Below, piece after piece: positions 27,600 to 39,222 of a DNA stretch of 64,000 nucleotides. The notes below the pieces were generated by a model. It worked only from the letters and a program-made list of their open reading frames with translations, did no database searches and was not told where the DNA came from. A program made the position numbers and the translations under genes. Source of the stretch: Bugula neritina (taxonomy: Eukaryota > Animalia > Bryozoa); the NCBI GenBank assembly GCA_964035545.1, contig OZ037768.1, positions 20,195,700-20,259,699 on the forward strand. Reading direction: 5' to 3'. How positions within the stretch are numbered: the stretch's first letter is position 1; every line of letters starts with the position of its first letter.

Positions 27600-29168
27600 C
27601 TAGAAATAAAACAATTATTGAAACTATTTTTAAGAAATTTGTAATATTGTTCTTCAGATAAAGAAACAACAATACTTTATACTTGCACATACGTTATTGT
27701 AATTATTTTTTTATTATATGCATGCAGAATGGACGTTCACTATTTAAATTAATTTCGCTCACTGGTGGTCAAAATTGCAGCCTGGACAATTAATCATGTT
27801 GCTGTCCTTCTCCAACATCTCATATATGAAACTGGTTAATTGAAACAGCTGATGTTTTTTGTATTTTAGATGCTGAGGTCAGTTCTAATTTTTAGGTATA
27901 CGACCAATTGCTCTAGACTTTGATCATTGCCTATATTTGCAGCACTGCATGATGCATTAATCGCATGTATTATTTTTAGCATATATGGAAGCTTTGCAAT
28001 AGCATAATTATAGTTGTGACAACCAACGTGCCGTTGAAAGTTTTTGATTTGAATCTTAAATCATTACTAATCGATTGAATTAAAAATAACGCAGGTTGTA
28101 TGGTTATTTGTGCAAAGACTACAGGTGTCTTATAAGAGAAAAAAATTGAACATAAAAACTAATGTATTCTTAATGTCACATGTGCATATTATATGCTTCA
28201 ACGTAATATTATATTTTTTATCAAAAGTACGGAGTTGTCGCCTATGTTGAAAAAGCATTCGCAAATTAGACTTATTACGCTCTTAGAATTACCCAAATAT
28301 TTAATAAACTGAAACTATATTTCTCATGGCTTCATAGGCTGGCCGATTTTTGGGCGTCGAGTTATAACCTATGCAGATCCTTTCTTTATCGCTTGCTAAT
28401 CGCACCGGACGTGTTTACAGATGAAGGGACGGTGAACTTGTGTCTCAGCACAAAACCTAATAACTTAGGTAAAGTTATTAATGTTTTTTTTATAACTTTA
28501 TTTATTGGCATAATTATTACTATTAGTATATGAATATCGATTATCAAAATGTATTCTTTAACTTCAAGTTTATAAATAATAATTCAAATTGTCACAATGA
28601 CTGAATCAGTGAATGAGTATCAGTATGACAAATACTTTTACTATAGTATAAGTTATAGTAATACTAATAGTTATACTCTCAAGTTAAAGTATAACTATAA
28701 TACTTATACTTATTTGTAGTTATAGTAATACTTAGTCTTATACTATAAGTTATAGACTACAGTTATACACTCATACAATGCAGGACGCGCATGCAGTAAG
28801 TGTAACTGTAAGTTAGTATTTCAACTGGCATGCCAACTCAACTCAAAATTGAAGAAATTTAAACTAATGGTACTGTTGTTGCATAATGCATGTGGTTGCA
28901 ATATTTATTTATAAGAAATATACTTTTTTTATTTATAAAACAAGTGAAGCAACATCTAGCTGCTTATTTCAAATATGTATAAAATTAAATGAATAAAACT
29001 AAAATATTTTTCTGCAATAAAATGCAACTTCGTGTTTCCAATATTTAAAATAAATCACTAAAAACAAAAGAAAATTTGATGCAGTTTAACAGAAAATACA
29101 TATAAATTTAGTAACTGCATATAAAAAATATAAAAAAAAAAAATAAAATAGGATACAATCAAAAGCAT

Positions 29169-29957
29169 TTATTGGTTGTTACGAGCAGGCGCAGCGGTGT
29201 TAGGTACACGCAAACCTTCGAGCGCCTTTTCACCATCTTGAATAGCTTGGAGAAAGCTGTAATACAAGTGCCTCTGACCCCGATGATCGAAGTGGACCCC
29301 GTCTGGAGAGAGGCATCGCCTCAGACGAGGATCCAGCCGCCAATAAACAAGGCGATCAAAGCCGCTTGCAAGTTCAGCCAACCGCTTGTCAAACTGGTGA
29401 GCAAGTTCACAAAAGTTTGCGGGTATTTTGAAACCCTTTTCCGTTTGTTTTCTCAAGGGCACTCCGCAAAAAACAACTTCAGCTCTTGACTGTACCCTAT
29501 TAACGAGGGCCTCCGCCAACTGAGCTGGACATCGTCCTTTACCAATATCGTTTCCCCCCACATACCACTACACAAATGTGTGGGTAGTTGGTTGGAAGCT
29601 GTAATAAAAAATACAATTTATAATTGACATAAAAGCATTGCAACACACAAAACGTAACTTGGTACTAAGTTGATCAAAATTCTGATAACCTTACCGGGCA
29701 GTTTTGAACCCGCGCTCCTCCTACACCATGGAGGTGCACTGGCTGATACCAGCTCCATTTTTGTCCTTCAATGTTGTACTAAAATAAAGTTTAAAACATT
29801 GTTGGCAAAGATCTATAAATAAGGTTTATAAATTATTTCAACAGATTAATCTAAATATTGACTACCAGGTTACACTTACTTTTAAATGATAGGCTAGCCT
29901 GCGCACTAGAGAGTCGCCCACTACTACTACTTTTTTATCAGTTTGAGCTTGAGCCAT
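29169..29957 (-). pseudogene. Three-exon SGNH/GDSL hydrolase (about 196 aa) with a 1-nt frameshift in a G run
   Basis: Exons 29880-29957 (MAQAQTDKKVVVVGDSLVRRLAYHLK), 29695-29778 (...HGVGGARVQNCP) and 29169-29598 (...GGND...DGVHF). Both introns are phase-0 GT-AG. SGNH blocks I, II, III and V are all present. Exon 3 is 430 nt because of one extra G near 29554-29559; the duplicate copy is in frame there. Confidence 0.8.
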
Positions 29958-32900
29958 CTGTAAATAAGTACTTTAACCATTCACCCCAAATTTTAGGTTT
30001 TCTCCTCTCCCCCCCCCCTCCCCATCAATTTTTTCCAAAAGAGTTTTTTCTTGTAGTGGCCATATGTTTGGTTGGTGGTCCTGCGAAAGTGGTAAGTGGT
30101 CGTACAGAATGCATCATGGTAGCTCTCTAATTCATGCTCTAAGATATATTGCAAGTTAAAATGAATTTTCAAAAAGACGGAGGTCCTGCGTTGTAAACTG
30201 ATAATTTCAGTTAATTTTTTACTGTCAACTTCTATTCTAGTCTTAGGCAAGTTCATCATTAAATTCTGTCTGCATTCAATTTAGCTCTATTTAGTAAAGC
30301 TTTAACAAAGCCAATGGCAACATACAAGGAATTATTACCTGAGTTATTAACTAACCTGCTAGCCAAAGCAAATTGCTCATTGGGCAATGTGTACAACTTC
30401 CCTCCCTGGGAATATCCTTTTTAGCTGTCTGATTCCCCGCCCAAGTATTGAAACGTTGGAGCAGTAAGCTGCAGTGCCAACTCGTCAGTATGTCAGTGTT
30501 TGACAACAGGGCCTCTGCCATTTGTGATATCAAAGCACTTGAACGTTTCAGCTCACAAAAACTTTTGGGCCGGGGACAAATACACCTTATTTAAATAGGC
30601 AGCATTTACCAATTTTCGCTTGCTTTTTGATATGTTTTTTACTTCTGTACATACAGCTCTTCCAAGACCCAGTCAAAAAATTCCCTTATCAGTAGCTCGC
30701 CCTAAATCTTATCTAGCTTTAATGCAACCGGGTGTTGCTTGTCCTTTTTTCATCCCTTTTTGCATATGACGAAGAACGTGTGCAGATAATCTAAGAAGTT
30801 ATAGCTATTAGCACAAAGGGCTAACAAAATGTGATGCCTGTTGCCAACATGGTGCACTATCAGTTTTTTCGTGCGTTCAAAAAGGCATAGACTCGGCCAG
30901 ATTTTTTCAAAGCTGCTTTGTGCCGCATTTAAGACATGTTTAGAGCAGGTTTCAGCATAACACATTCTGAGCCATGCAACTTCATTTTCTACCCTCTTGT
31001 TTTCTCTTTTGGGCAAGTACTTGTATGTTTTGGTTCTGTATATATATCTGCCATTGGTATATTGACCGCTGTCATTGTTGAGTTTTTCCTGATAATAATA
31101 GCAGTTGGGTCTCCTTGGATGTATTTAATTGGTACACGCCCAGCAATGCCAGTCAAATTTGCAACATATAAAAAAAATTTGTGTTTTTTTATAGAAATGA
31201 ATACTTAGTAATTTTATAGAAGAAATACATTTTCAGAAAAGTTTGGGCAGTTTTGCTTCAAGAACCTCGGTCACAAAACATTTTTTTTCTTTCAACTCAT
31301 TTCTTTATCCTAGTTCTCAGCCTTTTGGGAAAGTGAAATGCATTTAACAACACAATTGAGTAAAATTTCTCTTCATCAAAGCAAACTGCATAAACCTTAC
31401 AGGTTAGTTGAAGACTCTGGCTCCTTTTCCAAATATAACCACAGTTGCTACAAAGTTTCAGATGAAGACGGCATCTCTTGCAAGAAAATTAGCAATGAAG
31501 TCTTGCAAAACGAAAATATGCCCTTTGGCTTCGTCAAATGTGGAATCATGACCAAAGCATAGAGCAATGAATTTTTTCTGCTGTTTGCCGATTTACTCCA
31601 CTACCAGGTATTGATAAGCCACATCTTTACTATCAATAATCCAAATCCACATAAACTCTTTGCCCAAGAGTGTGCTAGGAGACTTGACTATACTACACAC
31701 CACATTTCCATCCTCTCGATACATTCAACTTTAAACTGTTAAAACCGCTTGTCAAACTGGTGAGCAAGTTCACAAAAGTTTGCGGGTATTTTGAAACCCT
31801 TTTCCGTTTGTTTTCTCAAGGGCACTCCGCAAAAGACAACTTCAGCTCTTGACTGTACCCTATGAGCGAGAGCCTCCGCCAACTGAGCTGGACATCGTCC
31901 TTTGCCAATATCGTTTCTCCCACATACCACTACACAAATGTGTGGGTGGTTGGTTGAAAGCTGTAATAAAAAATACAATTTATAATTGACATAAAAGCAT
32001 TGCAACACACAAAACGTAACTTGGTACTAAGTTGATCAAAATTCTTATAACCTTACCGGGCAGTTTTGAACCCGCGCTCCTCCTACACCATGGAGGTGCA
32101 CTGGCTGATACCAGCTCCATTTTTTTCCTTCAATGTTGTGCTAAAATAAAGTTTAAAACATTGTTGCCTAAGATCTATAAATATGTTTTATAAACTTGTA
32201 CTGACATGTCGTACTACAGCTTTATTTTAATTTTAGTAGCATTCTAAGCACGATTCAATCTTTTTAAAATATTTCAAATCATGAAAATTCAATTTAGCAT
32301 CAAATCATTGTTTTTTCAAAAAAAACTAAGATCAGTACTAGTATATTTAATTATATTTACTTGTATATCAACCAGTGCCATTTTTGGGTTTTTCCTGATT
32401 GTTATAGCAGTTGAGTCTCCTTGAATGTATTAAATTAGGGTATGCCCAGCAATGCCAGTTCCCCTGCCAGTAGCTCGCCCTAAATCACAGCTAGTTTCAA
32501 TGCTTTTTTTCATTTTTTTTGCATATGGGGAAGAATGTGTGCAAATAATCTAAAAAGTTGTAGAGATTAGCACAAAGGGCTAACAGAATGTGATGCCTGT
32601 TGCCAACATGGTGCACTATCAGTTTTTTCGTGCGTTCAAAAAGGCATAGACTCGGCCAGATTTTTTCAAAGCTGCTTTGTGCCGCATTTAAGACATGTTT
32701 AGAGCAGGTTTCAGCATAACACATTCTGAGCTATGCAACTTCATTTTCTACCCTCTTGTTTTCTCTTTTGGGCAAGTACTTGTATGTTTTGGTTCTATAT
32801 ATATATCTGCCATTGGTATATTGACCGCTGTCATTGTTGAGTTTTTCCTAATAATAATAGCAGTTGGGTCTCCTTGAATGTATTTAATTAGAACAAGCCT

Positions 32901-33540
32901 AGCATTAGGTCTCCTTGGATGTATTTAATTGGTACACGCCCAGCAATGCCAGTCAAATTTGCAACATATAAAAAAAAATTTGTGTTTTTTTATAGAAATG
33001 AATACTTAGTAATTTTATAGAAGAAATACATTTTCAGAAAAGTTTGGGCAGTTTTGCTTCAAGAACCTCGGTCACAAAACATTTTTTTTCTTTCAGCTCA
33101 TTTCTTTATCCTAGTTCTCAGCCTTTTGGGAAAGTGAAATGCATTTAACAACACAATTGAGTAAAATTTCACTTCATCAAAGCAAACTGCATAAACCTTA
33201 CAGGTTAGTTGAAGACTCTGGCTCCTTTTCCAAATATAACCACAGTTGCTACAAAGTTTCAGATGAAGACGGCATCTCTTGCAAGAAAATTAGCAATGAA
33301 GTCTTGCAAAACGAAAATATGCCCTTTGGCTTCGTCAAATGTGGAATCATGACCAAAGCATAGAGCAATGAATTTTTCTGCTGTTGGCCGATTTGCTCCA
33401 CTACCCGGTATTGATAAGCCACATCTTTACTATCAACAATCCAAATCCACATAAACTCTTTGCCCAAGAGTGTGCTAAGAGACTTGACTATACTACACAC
33501 CACATTCCCATCCTCTCGATACATTCAACTTTAAACTGTT
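29380..33540. repeat. Recent complex tandem duplication of the SGNH-containing cassette
   Basis: 29380-29820 recurs at about 31743-32190, and 30690-31740 recurs at about 32465-33540. The 74-aa ORFs at 31338 and 33139 translate identically (period 1801 nt). Confidence 0.9.
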
Positions 33541-36500
33541 TGAAACCAGCAGAAGAGTCATTGGGTGTTTGTATCAAATATTTAACCAAAAGTCATTTCC
33601 CAGCGTTGATGGTGAGCGTGTCCTTGAATCTCAGCATTCAAGCGGTTAAAAGTTCTTATTTCATATTATGCCCACTTAGTTTTGAGTTGCCTAGCAGCAG
33701 TCTTGATTTGCCAACAATTTGATATATGAAATATCACGTTTTGTAGTTTTCACACTCAATCCATTTCTAAAAACGCTTTTTCGTGAATATAATTAATCTT
33801 CAAGAATAATGATTCAATGCATCAAGTAATGTTCATATGTGAGATACTTGAAAAAGATTTTGTTGTATATCCAATATTTGGTATGATAGCTAGAGTTGTT
33901 AGAATAAAACTTAATTTACCTTCAACAAAATTATGTAAAATTGTCCTTACCCTGTGTACATCTAAAATCTAAATTAATTAAACTGTTAAGTAAGCTATAC
34001 CAGTTGATTATCTGGTGTGGAGATGTTAGGAAATTCCCACAATAGAGTGAGATTATGGCCTATAATTTTTTGCTTACCCTATGGCCTATACTAGATTCAA
34101 TGAGGTCTCCTATGAGTAGAGTAAAGTCTTGGAGGCGCATCTTTTCACAGTGATTCGTAGCTGTGTCTACAGCCTATTGGTAACTGAACAATGATCTTTT
34201 TCAGGCTACGGCTAGTGAGCTGTACTGGTGCAAATAAGTATTTACGAGTGTCACTAATGAAACTTAGTTTCTCTATACCTCCATATGAACCAAACCATAA
34301 TGTTGGGCACTGCGCTGCAACTCTATCGCTGCCGCTTATTGTCTGGCGGATGAGGCTCGTTTGTAAAAGTTTTTTATTTTACTTAACGGTTATTGAGCTA
34401 GATAAAGATTGCCAAATGCTCTACTGTGGCTCAGAGTATTTGTAGTGTACTATTATTTCCTATCCCTTGTGTTTTGAATAATTCAGGCTGAGGGAATAAT
34501 TGAAAACTGTTGTGCACAACCTTTTTTTTCAAAGGATTGCTACGTAGTCTTATTTCTTTTCGAAAGTGAACAACTGTTATGAAATTAGTGAATCTACCCA
34601 GTGGTTAACAAATAGATATATATGTTATAGTTCCATGAAAGCTGATCAGACTTCTGGTGGACTCACTGCCACAGTTATTGTTTTAACACAAATGCAAAAT
34701 TAAACTCGAAAACACAGAGTTGCGTCAAAAACATATATTATTCACCTGATAATTGGTGCTTGATAGCAAAATAATTCTTAAAATAAATCTTTTTGTTATA
34801 CCTTTTATATATGGACTGTTGATAGTATATAATATGTTACCATCTCTTTGATGGCCTCAAGAATAAAAAAATAGCTTGTCCCAATCAATAGTTCTGCGAG
34901 TTCTGCTCAATTACCCAGCCACTAACTTGGCTGCAAGGGTAGGGACTTTAAAGCGCTTCTACCAAATGTTATAGGGGGAGAATAAAAATATGTATTTCTC
35001 CCAACTTGATTGTAAAATTATGATTGGTGGTGTTATATTATTAACTGTATAGTACTATTTGTATGTATGTATTGTACCGTAAAGATAATTACCTTGATTA
35101 TTTTCTTTGCTTTTTGTGGTGACTCCTTGGCGCCGAACACTTCTGCTTGAGTCTTGGTGGTTTTCAAAAGTGCCAGTCTTCAGGAGGAGGAGCTTGGTCT
35201 GAGGCAGGCTGCTATATCTTGGTAACTTACTTCTCTTTAGCCAATCACAAAGCTGTCAGGATGTCCAACTCTGCTGTCTAGACAGAGGTATTCATAAAAA
35301 TTTATTCTTAAAGTTAATGTTCATAGATTATGTAATTAACTAATTCAAATCATGGGTCGCAAAGTCCAGCTATGAAATCAAATGTAAAGGCCTCTCTCTA
35401 TTCAACCTATTGATATGGCTGTCTGCTGGGAGGGCAATGGCAGTCTGAATTCAAATGTAGATAGCAATTGCAAACAACTAAAATCAAAACTGTACTACTG
35501 CAAATGCTGTTATTAATAGTAATTACCACCACAACAGATAATTATACTGGAATTATATGGTGATGGAAACAATACAATAATTCACAACCACATTCAATGG
35601 TTATAGCAAGCCGTTAGACTAATTTTCACTTTGCTAACTTCAAAAGCTGAACTTGTGAAAATGGTGTGTGGTGGGTCCAGTTTCAGCATTCTAATATATT
35701 GTTGAAGTAAAGTAATAGTTGTGATGGCTTTTGAAAGTTTAGTGTACACTTCATCATATTATGGCGTGCTCTCACCTAATTTCTTCTTAATTTAGTTTAC
35801 TCTGTATAATATGTTAGAATTTCTCACTTTTATACAGTCACTTATATTAATATCTAATCTCTAAACTTTGCAGGTTATGTTGATGGAGATGCTAAATCCA
35901 CATTCATAGTCAATACGTCTTCATCATGTACAGGTTATATGTGATTGAGTTTGCTATTTACTATATATACCAATGGTTACTGTGTTGCAATATCTATAGA
36001 GCGAAATTTTACTATGTATTGTGAATAATGAAGCCTATATTATATGAAACAAAATTTATTTCTTTGTAATTCCATTAATAATATATAGTGTTTTTTTTCA
36101 GTCTCAAGGTTATGTCAAGTTTTATGCTTCATGTTATTTTTAAGAATTTAATGATAGCTTTATTTGTTTACTTTATAGAGTGTATCAGAATAGAAAGAAA
36201 CTTTGTTTTTCTACTGCATATTCTTTGATACTGATTCTTACTGTTGGTTTTATTGTCAAGTTGGCCCCTGCATTCTTTTTAATTTTAGAACATTGGGTCT
36301 TGTACTCACTGATTTTTCAATACATGCATTTCATTTTCTAATTTGTTTTTCTGTCTTCAAAACAATCTGAATGGTTACTTGACTCAACACAAATAAGTTC
36401 TTTGCTAGATTTCTTGTCGAACAGTGGTAAAGCTCTCCAAATGTTCCACTAATATTCCCATCTCAAGTTCTCTTACTGCAACTAGTGTTAGGCATGTCCT

Positions 36501-37926
36501 TCTTTCATTCTTGTGATATAAAATAACTTGTCCAAGCTAGTTACATCATTACTTGTATACCACGTGGTGTATTCATTATATGACCATGTTCACAAGGAAA
36601 ATTTGAGGGAGATATAAAATATAAATGCATCTTAAAATGTTTCAAACAGCTCTTGCTGGCAGTAAGCTTTATTCAACTTTTGCCTTGTTATTACTATAAA
36701 GAGCTACTGTTAAAAAAGATACATAGTTGAAAACCAACAAGCTGCATTTGTAAATAATATAATGCAGTGAGTATGTCGTGATGTAAACATAATGCAACTC
36801 GTGGCACACCGTTTACTCAAGCTAGTTAAATTTAAAATTGCGAAAACCCACGTCTTCTGTCCTCAAGAAATAACCAGCACTTGCATTGTGCGAGGCCTTC
36901 CAGATTTGTCTACTCGGTCTAGCTGATTCATTTTTATTGAGCTGAAATTACTGTGCAGTTAACAAGGTAGCACATTGTGTGTCATGTAGAGTTGACTCCC
37001 AATCTTATGGTTATACAATAGCCACTTGGTAAGTATAGATCACATTGACCTTTTTATTTTGATTCAGTGGCAACCAGTTTCTTTCAACTATGGAGTCATT
37101 TTGTTAGCAGTTTTTGAGAGCTAGTATGCAATACCATTCCAGCCAATCAAACTTCAACATAAACTAGAGTATTTTCAGAGCACACCTATTTCTACAACAT
37201 GGCAATCTTCGTACAGTATTTCCTGATTTACTGGCCATGCCACCTGGAACGAGAGGCCATTCTCAACCGACTAGAATGCAGTAACTTCAAATTTAGTTGA
37301 TTGCTACCCTTAGAATACAAGTTAAAAGAGCTATCAACGGATAAAGGAATTTAATATCCTAAATAGTCCTGGAGGTGTAAGCTTACTGTTGGCACCTCTT
37401 TTAGATGATATTATAATAGTATATGTGCTTTCTACAGCCTTGGTAACTGATAAAGTGTAGCACTTAATAATATTTTTCTTGATGTGCTATTGTATATGTA
37501 TGTGCTATACCACTATGCTTTGTAAGTTAAAGTCTGATATTAATGGCTTTTGGGTGAAAGAAAATGGCAGCTCAGACTCGATGCTCATTTTGCAAAATAC
37601 AAACTCATGTACAGATAATATTCCGTCAGTAACAGTATTGTATGCAGTCAGTAAAATATAATGCTTTCATTACAGTTTTGGTGGGATCAGCATTTTCCCT
37701 GTAGCTATTAAGTTGCATCACACAATATGAAAAACGTCCATCAAGTCCAATGTTTAATCACCATTTATTCTAGCATTCCAGAGAACCTTTGTATTTTACC
37801 CAACTGACCAAAACATGTATTGGAAACTCATTAGTAAAATTGTTGATGGTATTGCAGTAGCTTGAGAGCCAAGTACAGATATTTCATCCAGCAATGGTTT
37901 GAGGCTGATTAGTTTAACTTGAATAT

Positions 37927-38231
37927 TGTGGTGGTTCGTGGAACTACCAGCAGCACAACATGTAGGGTCGCGTAATTGACCCGGAACAATGGATAGCCAA
38001 TTAGCGTAGTTGATAGTTAGCAGCAATTGTAGTTTCCCGCTGCTAAGTCAGTCGAAGCTAGAGTGTGAAATAGATTAGATGTGTAACTTGTTGGAAATAA
38101 TGTATCGTGTTTTTATAATGTATAATTGTGTATAAAATATACTCGTTCACTCGACTTAGCCTGGTGCAGTTCTATACTAGATAAATAGACTCTCTGGATA
38201 GCATATCAACCCTAATCTGAAAATTATAACA
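37927..38231 (+). repeat. 5' LTR
   Basis: tgtggtggttcgtgg...aaattataaca, direct repeat of 45080-45384. Confidence 0.97.
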
Positions 38232-38232
38232 G

Positions 38233-38250
38233 TGGTGGCAGCGGTGGGAT
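38233..38250 (+). promoter_or_regulatory. Primer binding site complementary to the tRNA-Leu 3' end
   Basis: TGGTGGCAGCGGTGGGAT, 1 nt after the 5' LTR, is the reverse complement of ...AUCCCACCGCUGCCACCA, the metazoan tRNA-Leu(AAG-type) 3' end. Confidence 0.85.
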
Positions 38251-38262
38251 AGTGCATCCAAG

Positions 38263-39222
38263 ATGGAGACTGAAAATGCTGAAACTCAACCACCGGCAAT
38301 CGAAGGTGAGCGTAGAGACAATGCTGTAGAGACAATGCCTGTTAACCATGTAGTAGAGGAACGAAGGGTTCCGCGAGAACTAGTTGAATACCGCTACAGG
38401 TTAAAGGCGCCCACCTTCACGGGTGAAGAGGAGGTGGAACAATTTATCCAAGAGTTTAGCGACGTAATGGACGTCGCTCAGTGGCCCCCTAGGGTGGCCC
38501 TGCTGAAGCTTAGAATGGCATTGATGGACAAAGCCAAGCCCTATGGGCTGGGCGTAGACATTGATAATATCTTTGCTTCTCTGCGGGCCCGTTTTGGCCT
38601 CTCGACTACAGATGCCAGGGCCCGATTACAGAGGTTGCGGCGTGATCCCCGCACCCCGCTGCGGGAGCATGCCACCGCGGTCATGAAGCTGGCACAGATC
38701 GCGTACAGCGACTTGCCCCCAGTCAACCGCGAGAGGTACACCCTCGACGCTTTCATAGCATCTGTCGACGATCTGGGTCTCCACCACCAGTTTCTAGCTA
38801 GGGGAGTCACCACCGTTGAAGATGCTCTGACTGAGGGGGAAGCTTACCTCCTAGCTAACCAAATGCATAAAAGTCGCGGAAGCTCCCGCCAAGTGGAGAT
38901 AGACCGCGCAGACACGGCCGCGGGACAAGGGGAGGAAACCCCCGCCGCGGCTGCCGTGTCCCAGTTGGCGACGGCATCAAAAGTCACTCAACTGACAGAC
39001 ATGCTAGCCAAGCTGATAGCAACACTGACCCCACAAAACCCAGTGAGTACCGCCCCTGAGCCCATGCGGCCATTGGCGCCGCCACAGGGAGAAACAGTCA
39101 GTTTTTGCTGGGAGTGCGGAAATCAAGGACATTTCCGCCGATATTGTCCCTTCCTAAATCAGGGGTTAAACTACCGCGGCCCGCAGATGTTCCCACCTTC
39201 CGCGGGCCGACGAAACCTCTAG
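38263..39222 (+). CDS. gag: Gag of the Gypsy element (319 aa)
   Basis: First ATG after the PBS; capsid-like PTFTG...F...F...W region and CCHC knuckle CWECGNQGHFRRYC. Confidence 0.93.
   Translation: METENAETQPPAIEGERRDNAVETMPVNHVVEERRVPRELVEYRYRLKAPTFTGEEEVEQFIQEFSDVMDVAQWPPRVALLKLRMALMDKAKPYGLGVDIDNIFASLRARFGLSTTDARARLQRLRRDPRTPLREHATAVMKLAQIAYSDLPPVNRERYTLDAFIASVDDLGLHHQFLARGVTTVEDALTEGEAYLLANQMHKSRGSSRQVEIDRADTAAGQGEETPAAAAVSQLATASKVTQLTDMLAKLIATLTPQNPVSTAPEPMRPLAPPQGETVSFCWECGNQGHFRRYCPFLNQGLNYRGPQMFPPSAGRRNL

Noticed and set aside
35095-35290. Possible exon(s) of an unknown gene
   Set aside because: Slightly GC-richer with splice-like sites, but no consistent frame or recognisable peptide could be built.
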